Source: Octopus sinensis (lineage: Eukaryota). Taken from it: 64,000 bases of DNA. Positions 29,545 through 41,102 of the stretch are shown in pieces; position 1 is the stretch's first letter; the number at the start of each line of letters is the position of its first letter. The position numbers and the translations under genes were made by a program. The notes beneath the pieces were generated by a model, which saw nothing but the letters and a program-made list of their open reading frames with translations, made no database searches and was not told the DNA's origin. The stretch spans positions 7,626,001 through 7,690,000 of the forward strand of contig NC_043009.1 of NCBI RefSeq assembly GCF_006345805.1, written 5' to 3'.

Positions 29545-29765
29545 TAATAATAATGATTTCATTTATTTGCCACAAGGGCGAAGGATGAGGGGACAATACA
29601 AAGACAAACATAAAGTGTGGGGGTTTACATATAATGAAATGGCAGAGAAAAAAATGGTAAATATGCAGAGTTTTACAATGGAAAGGAAGGAACAAATACA
29701 TAGCATACAAAGGTTTAAAAAAAAGGGGGTAGAAGATGATATGGATGTAGCCCTCCTGATACAGG
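29545..29765 (-). mobile_element. Second copy of the Tx1/L1 3' UTR
   Basis: Reverse complement aligns with ~61400-61610 (caggaggg..acatc, ttttaaa.c.tttgtatgctatg, ttgtcccctcat..ttcgcccttgtgg.aaataaatgaaatcatt), followed by an (ATT/GTT)n tail. Confidence 0.8.
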
Positions 29766-29966
29766 ATGTGAATGAGAGATGAATTACCAACCAGGAAAGG
29801 ATACCAACGCATTGAATAAATTAAATCGTATTCCAGCATATGCTGTCATAAGAAATTCTTAGACTAAGACCTGTCGGGAAGCTAAGAATTCTATTCAAAG
29901 AATTAACAGAACAAGTGATGAAATTACGGTCGATTGAATGTAATTTTATGATTGCTTTACTTTTGG

Positions 29967-30388
29967 TGGCTGTGTGGTAAGTAGCTTGCTTACGAACCAC
30001 ATGGTTCTGGGATCAGTCCCACTGCGTGGCACCTTGGGTAAGTGTCTTCTACTATAGCCTCGGGCCGACCAAAGCCTTGTGAGTGAATTTGGTAGGCGGA
30101 AACTGAAAGAAGCCCGTCGTATATATGTATATATATATATACCTCTGTGTGTGTGTGTGTGGTGTGTGTGTGTCTGTTTTTGTCCCCCCCCCAACATCGC
30201 TTGACAACCGATGCTGGTGTGTTTATGTCCCCCGTAACTTAGCGGTTCGGCAAAAGAGACCGATAGAATAAGTACTAGGCTTACAAAGAATAAGTCCTGT
30301 GGTCGATTTGCTTGACTAAAGACGGTGCTCCAGCATGGCCACAGTCACATGACTGAAACAAGTAAAAGAGAGAAAGAGAAAGAGAGAC
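29967..30388 (+). mobile_element. SINE family A, near full length
   Basis: Aligns with the other A copies; (AGAGAA)n-like tail. Confidence 0.88.
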
Positions 30389-30780
30389 ATAAAACGCACC
30401 GGTGTTTAGAAGACCTATAGAGCTACGGATCCGCAGCGAGCTTTATGTTGCTGACGTATAATATAATTTCAGAATGCGTTGTTTGAGATTATTGTAATTG
30501 CTATGATTTTATCTTACTGTAATCAATAACAGTAATATTACCTTTGTCAATATAAAAGTCCTTATTAGATTAAAAAGTATCATTATCAAAACATGAAGGT
30601 AAAACAAAAGAAATATGCTCCGTTTTCTCCCGGGCACCATTGTACTGTAGCCGTAGTCTTTCACGTTATTCACTGACCCACCTTTCTTCCGAAAAAAATC
30701 AGTGGAATCATTCGTTCTCCATACACAAATTATTTTCCTCGTGAAACTTATAAAAAATATACACGTCAGACGCACCTTCC

Positions 30781-30845
30781 TATAAGCCGCACACTAAAAT
30801 TTTCCAGGTAAAAAAACAGTGACTTATACACAGGAAAAAACGGTA
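30781..30845 (+). mobile_element. pogo/Tc2-like 3' terminus
   Basis: tataagccgcac...gacttatacacaggaaaaaacggta resembles the TACCGTATTTTCCCGTGTATAAG-type TIR; the partner end was not clearly found. Confidence 0.45.
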
Positions 30846-30848
30846 ATA

Positions 30849-31017
30849 CAGACCAGAGAGTAATATTTCGAACGTAGTATAGTTGTGAAAACAGCAGAAA
30901 GAATTGGGTTCCCGTGGGTGTCTGCTGACAACGTTTTCCGTCATATAAGGGTAAAATACCCTATGTTTCTACTGTTTTCGCAGCTATACTGCGTTTAAAG
31001 TATTACTTTCTAGTCTG
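30849..31017. mobile_element. Short CAG-ended MITE with ~52-bp imperfect TIRs (Tc1/mariner/pogo-like)
   Basis: cagaccagagagtaatatttcgaacgtagtatagttgtgaaaacagcagaaa versus the reverse complement of the right end, cagactagaaagtaatactttaaacgcagtatagctgcgaaaacagtagaaa. Confidence 0.72.
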
Positions 31018-31075
31018 TTATGATACGATACTCATTCGACGCTTCCAAAACCAAACAAAAGTTTGTTTACACATG

Positions 31076-31495
31076 GGATCTTTTCGGTTTGAACGGCTGT
31101 TTTTAACATAATTTCTAGGTAACTAAAAAAATTTAAACTTCGTATACTGGTAGAATGTGTTTATAAAACATTTTTTTCTCTTGGCTTTATTGAGAAAATT
31201 CTATAGTTTGTAAGATATTTGTTGTTGTTTTTCTTCAATTTCTGCAATTTCAACCAATCACTGAGTCTATTGAGGTAAAAAACATTCTGTGCCGTATGAA
31301 TATGTCCCTCGTTTAAGAAACAGATTGGGTTTATTTACATTTGTGAAGAAAAAGAAATACTCTTCCCCACCCCTAAACCTAACCCTAACCCTAAAACAGA
31401 TTGAAATGCAATAGATCGATACTAGGGTCATAATTATGGGTGACAATTTCATATGACACCGCTAGAAAAAACTGCCGTTCAAACCGAAAAGATCC
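31076..31495. mobile_element. 420-bp MITE with GG-initiated 29-bp TIRs and an 8-bp TSD (Merlin-like or hAT)
   Basis: TIR ggatcttttcggtttgaacggc(t/a)gttttt 28/29; perfect TSD tacacatg at 31068-31075 and 31496-31503; internal (CCCTAA)-like run at ~31370-31396. Confidence 0.88.
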
Positions 31496-32754
31496 TACAC
31501 ATGTAATTCAATGTTTTTTTTTTTTATAAAATATAAAAAGTATAAAACTGTGCCAAAATAAAGCAATCATAAAATTACATTCAATCGACCGTATTTTCAT
31601 CACTTGTTCTGTTAATTCTTTGAATAGAATTCGTAAATTCACTACAGGTCTTAGTCTAAGAATTCTTTATAACAGCATATGCTGGAATACGATCTTTCCA
31701 TATTATTTGTGATTTAATTTATTCAATGCGTTGGTATCCTATCCTGATTGGTAATTCATCTCTCATTCACATTCTTTAATAATTAATGCTATAGATTTCT
31801 AGAAATACTTTATTGCAGTGCGTTGGCGTTTTATCCCAATGCGTAATTCATCTCTCATTCACATTCTTAATAATTAACGCTACAGAATTCCAATGACAAA
31901 CACCATCAATTCTATGACATCATGTGGTTTTTAAAATAGAGATGGTAAATTAAAACCCTAAAATATCTCCTTTTTATACTTTATTTACGACTGTTTCTTC
32001 CTCTGTCAAAGAAATTTCAACGTAAATAAATCAAGTCATTATCACTTACATATATTTCGCGTGCGCATGTGCCATTTATCACAGGAAGTTTAATTTGGCC
32101 AATATTGAGAGAAATTTACGAACAAAATCTTTGGCTTGGACATATGGTTTGTACATCAAAATTAATCTTCTTTTTTTTCTTCTTCTTGTTACCATTTCTA
32201 TATTTGTTATTTTGTTACTTTTAAATCATTTTTTTATAGCCCTTAATAGATTTAAACTAGGTTTTATAGCTCGATTTTATTAGTACATTACACAAGTCTT
32301 TTAAGGCGAGCACGCTTTTAAGACAGAAAGCTTTTAACTGCTCTGCTGGAAATAAGAATTCTGACAGATTTACAGAGACCGATTAGAATTAATGAAATAT
32401 CAATAATTGTTACGTGTTGTTTTATCGATTTCGTCCAATAAACTAAGACTACCATTTAACAAGGTTCACTATATTATACTTTAATAATTTCAAACAGTGT
32501 TAATTGAATTATAATAATGTGTGTATATATAGGCATATTAGTGAGTCTGTGTGTGTGTATGTGCCTATCTGTGTGTGTGTGTGTGCGTGCTGATTTGAGC
32601 AAAATGTGGTTCCAGTGATTCATGTTTTGCTAAATTGCTAAAACTAAACAAGCAGAGAAAAGAACAGCATTTAGTTACAAATTTCTAATTTCAAATCTAG
32701 CCAACATCAAATGATCCTTCCATCCTTCGGTGCTGGATTAAATAAACAGCGCAG

Positions 32755-33228
32755 ACCACCACTCACCTGGCAAAACTGTGTAGAACCTGTATTTCAAAGC
32801 GCTAGCCTTGTCACACTGTGTCACACTGAATCTCCCTGAGAACCACGTTAAGAGTATTCTTGTTTGTGTTTAAGGCGGCGAGCTGGCAGAAACGTTAGCA
32901 CGCCGGGCGAAATGCGTAGCTGTATTTCGTCTGCCGTTACGTTCTGAGTTCAAATTCCGTCGAGATCGGCTTTGCCTTGCATCCTTTCGGGGTCGATAAA
33001 TTAAGTACCAGTTACGCACTGGGGTCGATATAATCGACTTAATCCGTTTGTCTGTCCTTGTTTGTCCCCTCTGTGTTTAGCCCCTTGTGGGTAGTAAAGA
33101 AATAAGTATTCTTGTTTGTGGAGTATGCTTGTTTGTTTGCTCAGCTACTTGCATGCTAATTTCACGAGCAGGCTGTTCCATAGATCGGATCAACTGAAAC
33201 ACTCACCGTGGTACCCGACGGCGTACCA
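32755..33228 (+). mobile_element. SINE family C body interrupted by SINE B
   Basis: gtcacactgaatctccctgagaaccacgttaag [insert] gctcagctacttgcatgctaatttcacgagcaggctgttcc aligns with 1790-1975. Confidence 0.8.
32869..33104 (+). mobile_element. SINE family B, full length, with a 16-bp TSD, nested in a family-C SINE
   Basis: ggcggcgagctggcagaa...gagttcaaattcc...catcctttcggggtcgataaattaagtaccag; TSD agtattcttgtttgtg at 32853-32868 and 33105-33120. Confidence 0.9.
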
Positions 33229-33602
33229 GTCATTCAAGCTTGCTTTTCCATTTTGAACTCAAAAGTTCGCCTTGTGAGTTTTTAGATCGAACAGAAGTTC
33301 TCCCCCAGCTAGCGTCTGTTAACACTCCTTTGGTTCTCCTCAAATATTCCACTCAAAGATGGTCCGTGTTGGTCTCCGTTTTCTTCTTTCTCCAGTTGAT
33401 GTTCCTCACAATGGTGTTTCTGCATCACCTTAGTTGACAGAGGACTTGGAATGGCTATGTAGTTAAAAGGCTCGATTGCCACCACATGGCTTCATGTTCA
33501 GTTCCTACGTGCGGCACTTTGGATAGGCGTCCTCTACTATAGCTCCCGGACAACCAATGTCTTGTGATTAAATTTGGTTGACAGAAACTGTGTGCAATAC
33601 CG

Positions 33603-33657
<55 letters not shown>

Positions 33658-33752
33658 CACACACTTATTCTATCGGTCTTTATGGCGAAATGTTAATGTT
33701 ACAGGGACCTAAACAATCTAATGCCGTTTCTGCTGGGGGACAAACACAAAAG

Positions 33753-33864
<112 letters not shown>

Positions 33865-34178
33865 TGTATGTATGTATGTATGTATGTATGTATGTATGTA
33901 TAGAGGTTAGGACCGAAATCCTTCAAAGGGATGTCAAACATTCAAGTGCTCCCGTCTGGGCTATGGAAAGGTCTCTTTTTATATTTTTGTTGGTCTTAAT
34001 TATTCATACCAATATGTTATTCCTAACGAAGAATCTAATTTTTATTTCAAGAAATGTTTTTCATTTTTGTCTTTGGAATTAATTTGACTCCGAATCAATT
34101 TGTAGAATTTATATTGGATCTGTACCAACCTGGATTATGAATTAAAGATCATCAACACCTACAATTTTTCCTTTCCTT

Positions 34179-34261
<83 letters not shown>

Positions 34262-34558
34262 TTTTTCGCAGTTTTCTACTCTCATTCGCTTGCGTATAGA
34301 ATCGTTGACATTCGAATGATATTGTTCATTCAACTGAATTTTGATGTCGGTATCCAGTCCATCGTTCAGGGACAAAGTTTTAGAGACTCACTGAAATATT
34401 GGAGTTACCTTGAAACGGAAAGAAAAGAAAAGGACAGAAAAGAAAAGAAAGGAAACCATAATTTAAGACTCGGGTTCGATTTCAGTGGGCAGTACCCTTT
34501 TTCAGAATACATAGTCCTGTACCAATGCTAGAAACATTATTATTATTAAGATGCGTCA

Positions 34559-35732
34559 AGGGTAGCGACCTGGCGGAATTGTTAGCACGCTGGACAAGGT
34601 GCTTTGCGGCATTTTTGCGTATATACTTTTTGAGTTTAAACTCCGCCAAGGTCGACCCTGCCGTTCATTCCTTCAGGGTCGATGAAATAAGTACCAGTTA
34701 AGCACTGGTTGTCGATGTAATCGACTTATCCCCTCCTCCAACTTGCTGACCCAGAGCCAAAATCTGAAACCAAAGGCGACGAGTTTGCAGGAAGGTTAAC
34801 ATGCCGGACAAACCCAATAGCGACATTTCGTCCGTCTTTACATTCTGAATTCAAATTCCGCCGAGGTCGACTTTACCTTTCATCCTTTCGGGATCGTACA
34901 AATGGCGCACTTGGATCGATGTAATCGATTGTCATTCGACCAAAAAAATTTCAGGCCTTATGCCTATAATCGATTGGATTATAAGGGCAGCGAGGCAGTA
35001 GAATCCTTAGTGCGACGGACAAAATGATTTGCTGTAATTTTTCCGGCTTTAAGTTCAGAGTTGAAATTGTGTCGCCTTTGACTTTGCCTTTCGTTCTTTG
35101 GAGATCGATGAAATAGGTACCAGTGGAGTCCTGGGCTCGATGTAATTCACTACCCTTCCCCTTCCTCAAAATACCAAGTCTTGTACGTGTAATTGAAGTG
35201 ATTATTGAGGTATCGAGGGTGGGGGAGAATCCTTAGCACGCTGGAGAAAATATTTTACTGTATTTTTTCTAGTTTTACGATCTGAGTTCAAATTCCGCCG
35301 AGGTCGACTTTGCCTTTCATCCATTCGGAGGTCGATAAATTAAGTACAAGTTCAGCAAATATATGGGAAACTACCACCTGTGTCATCTCTTGTGAAAGGT
35401 AAGAGAGTTCAGTTTGCTGGACATTGTTGTAGAGTTGAAAAAGAGGTAATTTCTACTCTTCTCCCCTGGAAGCCATCTGCTCGCGATACCAGAGGGCGCA
35501 CACTCTCCTACCCTGATGTAATCTCCAGGGATACAGGCATCCAGCAACCGGACCTCCATAATGCCATGATGGACCGTGAAGTCTGGCGTAGCATGGTAAA
35601 TTCCATTGTCTCGACCACAGTCGAACAATGATGATGACCAGTTGAGCACTGGAGTCGATATGATCAACAAGCAGCCACCCACTAAAAGAAAAGTCAGGCC
35701 TTGTGTCTAAACGTTTCAATAAGAAAGAATTA
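34559..35732 (+). mobile_element. Head-to-tail array of four diverged family-B SINEs
   Basis: Units at ~34559, 34772, 34983 and 35207 (the last interrupted by RTE); each has the gttcaaattcc-gtcgactttgcctttcatcc-taagtaccag-gtcgatgtaatc motifs. Confidence 0.82.
35353..35637 (+). mobile_element. Second RTE 3' fragment of the same family, inserted in a family-B SINE
   Basis: Near-identical to 21565-21850 (YGKLPPVSSLVKGKRVQFAGHC...STTVEQ*) with a (TGA)3 tail; flanked by caagtt/ccagtt (possible 6-bp TSD); SINE B sequence resumes at 35638. Confidence 0.88.
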
Positions 35733-35884
35733 TGAAGATGTAATAGTAGACAATTGTCTTTAATACGCGGCTAAACGTAACTGTAAGTCATTAACATAAG
35801 TTCACACCAGATTCAACTTTGCTTTTCATCCTTCGGGAAAATGACAAAATAATAATGAAAAATATGCCTGTTCAGACAGAATAG

Positions 35885-35931
<47 letters not shown>

Positions 35932-37709
35932 TGTGTGTGTGTGTGAGTGTATGTGTGTGTACACATATTTTCCTATACAAAACGTGTTGTGCCGAAGTCG
36001 CAAAGAAATCAATTATTTCAAAGACGTTTCTTTCACTTGTTGCTGAATGTACACATGTATGCATGTGTGCACGTATATGTACGTGTGTATGTGAGTGTGT
36101 GTGCGCGCGTGCGTGTGTTCGTGCGCGTGTGTGTGTGTGTGTGCATTAGCGTTACTGTGTATTTATGATTCAACGTGAGAGCGTCCAGTCGTGTTTGTCT
36201 TTAAAAGGTTTACATTGCATTGTAGTAGTAGTAGTAGTAGTAGTTGTGGTGGTGGTGGTGGTGGAGTTCGTGGTGGCGGCGGCGGCGACGGTGGTGGTGG
36301 TGTAACATTCTATTGTAACTTAATAATATCGGTGGTGGTGACGGTGGTAGTGGTGATGATGGTGATGATGATGATGATGGTGATGGTGATGATGATGATT
36401 GTGATGATGATGATGACGACGACGATGATGATGATGACGATGATGATGATGATGATGATGATGACGATGATGACGATGATGATGACAACGTCAACGATGC
36501 TGGTGATCTAGGGACAGCATTAGCGTTAATAATCTGGTGAGTTGTGAACAGACAGAATATGAAAATGACGGAAGACATTAGTTTTGATGTTGTTGTTGTC
36601 GTTGTTGTTGCACCTCTTCTATTTCTTCTTCTTTTTCTCCTTCTTCTACTTCTTCTTCTCTTCCTCTTCCTCTTTCTTTATCTTCTCCTCCCCTTCTTCT
36701 CTGCCTCCTCCTCCTTCATCTTCTCCTCCCCTTCTTCTTCTCTTCCTCCTCTCCTCCTCCTTCATCTTCTCCTCCCCTTCTTCTCTTCCTCCTCTCCTCC
36801 TCCTTCATCTTCTCCTCCCCTTCTTGTTCTCTTCCTCCTCTCCTCCTCCTTCATCTTCTCCTCCCCTTCTTATTCCCTTCCTCCTCCTCCTCTCCTCCTC
36901 CTTCATCTCCCCCTTCACTTCTTTTTCTTCTTTAACCGGAGGTAGCCTCATCAAACGCCTACCTGGTTCCGAAAGGCGTTCCTGTCAGTACCATCCCGTC
37001 GTTTTTGTGTATCTATGACATTACATGTCGTCTGCATCTCTCATTGCATCTTCCGAGTAGAGGCCAAATTCACCTTTCATCCTTTCCAGATCGATAACAA
37101 AAGCTACCAAGCCAAGGCCAATGGGTTCACGGATCAGTCAGAACATCCGACAGGATGTTGCAGTGCTTGTTCCATCCCTTTGCCTTCTGAGTTCAAATCC
37201 CACCACCGCCCAGTTTAACCCCAAAAACTGGCAGTTTTTTTATTTCGAGCATCTCCGATGAGATTTGAGGATGCGACTCTCCCTCCCTCTAAAAGTCTCG
37301 GGGGCCCTATAAAGGGCCATAAATACTATCTTCACACCTGCCTCAAAGATCAAAATAAGATAGTTAAGTGAAAATTTGTGGGCGTTTAGCTGTTATTTCT
37401 AGTAGACCGGTGATTTTGGCGGTAGTGACGGTGGCAGTTTTGGTGATAGTGATTTTTGGTGGTTGTGTTGGTGGTGGTGTGGTGGTGGTGGTGGTGGTGG
37501 TTGTGCTGGTGGTGGTGGTGGTGGTTGTGTTGGTGGTGATGGTGGTGATGGTGGTTGTGTTGGTGGTGGTGGTGGTGACGGCGGTGTAGTGGTTGTGGTG
37601 AAGCGGCGATGGTGGTAGTGGTTGTCATGATGCTATTGGTGGTGATGGTTGTGTTGGCGGTAATGGTTATGACGATGACAATGGTGATAATGATGATGAT
37701 GATGATGAC

Positions 37710-37762
<53 letters not shown>

Positions 37763-39249
37763 GGAGGAGGAGGAGGAGGAGGAGGACGACGACGACGACG
37801 ACGACGACGACGAGGTCGGAAAACGATGAAAGCTTTTTGTTTCTCCTTTTCCTGTTAGAATCTGTAATTCAATATGTTTGCCAGAAACTGAAAACATTTA
37901 TGATATACAGACCAATTGTTTTGTCATATTTTGTGAAAGATAATCGTGTTTTATGACCGCTTGTAAGACCACCATCGCCGCCGCCGCCGCCACCACCGAT
38001 CACACACTAAGTCCTTTGGAAATGGCGGCTGGTATTAAAATATTAAGTAAATCTAATTTATTTACTCGTGTTCGCAGTTAGGTAACTGCTACAGAAACAC
38101 CAGTATTTATCTCTGTCAAGTTATAGAAGTTCATTTGTAGTTAGAAACATGTTCGATAGTGATTTACAGCGCTGGTCGACGGACGATTTGGTCAACAATT
38201 TCGCTAATGAATGAAACAGCCGAACGTTCGCATCCTGCCATTAGCGACAAAGGGAGTGTTATTATCGATAGTTGATATTTATCCTCACTTAAACGTGTAT
38301 GTTCAGTTAGAACAAACTTTACTGAGGTAGATGCCATGAGAGAAACTCTTATATAGGCTTTTGGTGCAAATACACATTTAAGGAGGGATAATAAATATTA
38401 CCTCTTGGTAGTGATACTGCTTCTGTCGCTGAGGTATAATTTTCAAGAATCTCACTGGCGAATCACGATCCCAGGGCCTGTTCAAGCACTGATTGTCTAT
38501 ATGTAGCTAGCGGGAAGATGAGTCGTTGCTATCTCTAGTGGTCGAGTGTCCATCACCGAGGAAGACCAAAGAAAGTCGAAATCATGTGATTTTGTGGGCT
38601 TGGCGCTGCATTGCTAGAAAGAAGAGTTAAACTACTCTTAATGCTGTAGGAAGAGCGCAAATATGTGTGTGTATGTGTGTACAAAAATTGTGTGATATCG
38701 GCAGCTGTTTCAAGAGGCCTGGAGTTACGTAATAACCATAATTCACAGAGAATATGTGCATTATGTTATAGGTATTACTTATCTTATAATTTGTAATTTG
38801 TGCTCCTTGTCTGAAGCCTGTGTGTATCTACCTTACTACTTCCATATCAGCTCCATTTGGATTTCTCATATAGCCACTTTTGATGCCGTGGGACATTCTG
38901 TGCGCTTTGCTGTAGGCCTTTCCATATGCCTACCGTAGTCCTCACCGTTGTCCTTACTGTGGAGGCCTTGCCCTGGGTGAAGAAGTCGATATCTAAGTTC
39001 CTGTGGGTAACTCCAGTTCAATGTTTTTATGAACTTAACAATGTTCATTAGTTTGGTTCTTTCTTGGATTTAGAATCCATTCGTTGTTTTTGCTTCGCGA
39101 ATGAAGCGTTCGTATGCATTCTGAGCTGTTTCTTAACGCTTTTTTTAGTTCCTTTATGAAGAACTATATTTCCGCATCATAAAAATCTCTGTGATGATCG
39201 ATTAGAAAAACATCAGATACACATATACATAAGTAATTATATATATATG

Positions 39250-39280
<31 letters not shown>

Positions 39281-39431
39281 ACATGTGTGTGTATATATAT
39301 ACATATATATACACACACACATTCACACACTCTTATATATGGACATGCACCAATGGGTGTGCGCGTAAGCATGCGTGATTTAAATTGTTCTGTATCGCTG
39401 TTAGCTACGCATACATTATATATAAATACAC

Positions 39432-39480
<49 letters not shown>

Positions 39481-39769
39481 TTGGTACTATTTTGCGTACC
39501 AGGTTGTTGGGTTTTTTTTTGTTCAAGACCAACGAACAAAATACGTCAATAACACTGAAACCATTTTGAATAAACTAGCCAACCTAACGGTTGCCTTGTT
39601 CAATCCATAAAAATGTATAAGTAGAGAAACACACACATAAATGCCGAGCAAGGACGCATGCGGGCATATTGAAATTGATATCTACTGATATGAATCAACA
39701 CTGGTATTGCTGTCTATTTGTGCGCAATACATAAAAGCAAGTCCCTAGGGAGTATCCTTATGATTAGTT

Positions 39770-39805
<36 letters not shown>

Positions 39806-40126
39806 CATATATATACACACACAAATACATACATGTATATATGTATATATACATACGTATATGCAATATAATACATTGTATACATACATATATGTGTGAG
39901 CAAAATGTCGCCTTCTATCACACTTCCAAACGAAGTCAAAACGATTAGTCATAATCGAATGAAGTAAAAAAACAAACTTCAACAATATTTTTAAAAGAGT
40001 GATTGTAACAACAAACTTTAGCTTTCAGTATAACGTTTTCTCAGCTCAGCTATTCCGACTTTCTCAAGTCTTCTCTTCAGTTTTTGTAGCATATATCTAA
40101 TATTATTAAACTGGGAATACTTTATT

Positions 40127-40498
40127 ATGCACTAGCACTATGACCCGGCGTTGCCAGGTCATAGTGCTAGTGCATGCATATACAGCTGCGTGCATGCACA
40201 CATACACGCGAGTACTGTCCAAATCTCCGACCAATCACATACAGCTAGCTGGCATCAATTGGCGTATCAAGTTTCGGGCATTTTGATTGGGTTTTGGATA
40301 GAAAATTCACAAAATGTCACTTCTATTGATTTTTTAATGGCTTTTCAGGGTTACTGGGGAAATGTCAGGATGTGCACGACCATCTTTGGACGGTTTTGAA
40401 TGACCATAGAAAGTGCGAGCCCTCTAACTGAAAAATTGTGGATTTGTATAAAGGATACACACACAGACAGACATTTTGCCGTTTATATATATAGAGAT
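40127..40498 (+). mobile_element. Non-autonomous Helitron/Helentron-like element
   Basis: 5' actag...acccggcgttgcc start inside a perfect 19-bp hairpin (40127-40145/40157-40175); 3' end acagacagacattttgccgtttatatatatagagat. Both end types are typical of Helitron-like non-autonomous elements (from memory). Confidence 0.6.
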
Positions 40499-41102
40499 AT
40501 AAAAAAATATATATTAGCAAATAAGTAATGAGAAAGTAGTTCATTACGAATGGTAAATTAATTGAAAATATAATAGGTTTGCTAGGCTTTTATTCAATTG
40601 CAAACGTTGTTTTAACCCGTTTTCATTTACAAGGTGTGGTAAAAAAATATTCACATTATCTATATGAAGACACCGTTTTCACCAACTTAACTTCACAAGC
40701 GCGTACACTATGTGAAGTTCTTTTGTTTCGCGTCGTCGCTGTTTGTTAAGAAGTATATGGGTACAGGAGGTCACCAACGGTGGTGCAAATAACACGAAAT
40801 ACGTAAAGAAACAAGATAAATACGTAAGCAACGGGGGAAAATGGAAAACAGGACAAGTAAACACGGAACGGACCCTTCATCAGTTGTCGGGTTGTCCATC
40901 TACTCCTCATTTCGAGCAGTCAACGACAATATGAGTCTTCAAAGACAGTTGCTCCCGAAGAATTTCTACCGGATGTTTTGCAGAGTTTTGAATGTTTTAA
41001 AACATTTTTTTCCACTTGTCTGATAATACAGACATAGATTTGCTCAAATGCATCAATAAATTAACATTGATTTTTTTTTCACCGTTGTTATAATAATCTG
41101 AA

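Larger units (their letters stand above)
29766..31772. mobile_element. Fold-back/long-TIR element with ~200-bp inverted arms hosting several nested insertions
   Basis: 29766-29966 is the reverse complement of 31553-31772 (20-bp insert in the right arm); the subterminal motif gtaattcatctctcattcacattct recurs at 31751 and 31843. Confidence 0.75.

Noticed and set aside
31370-31396. Telomere or chromosome-fusion site
   Set aside because: Only about four imperfect CCCTAA units, lying inside a TSD-bounded MITE.
34340-34385. FVPERW resembling the cytochrome P450 PERF motif (minus strand)
   Set aside because: Bounded by stops on both sides, with no usable splice phase and no heme-binding motif nearby.
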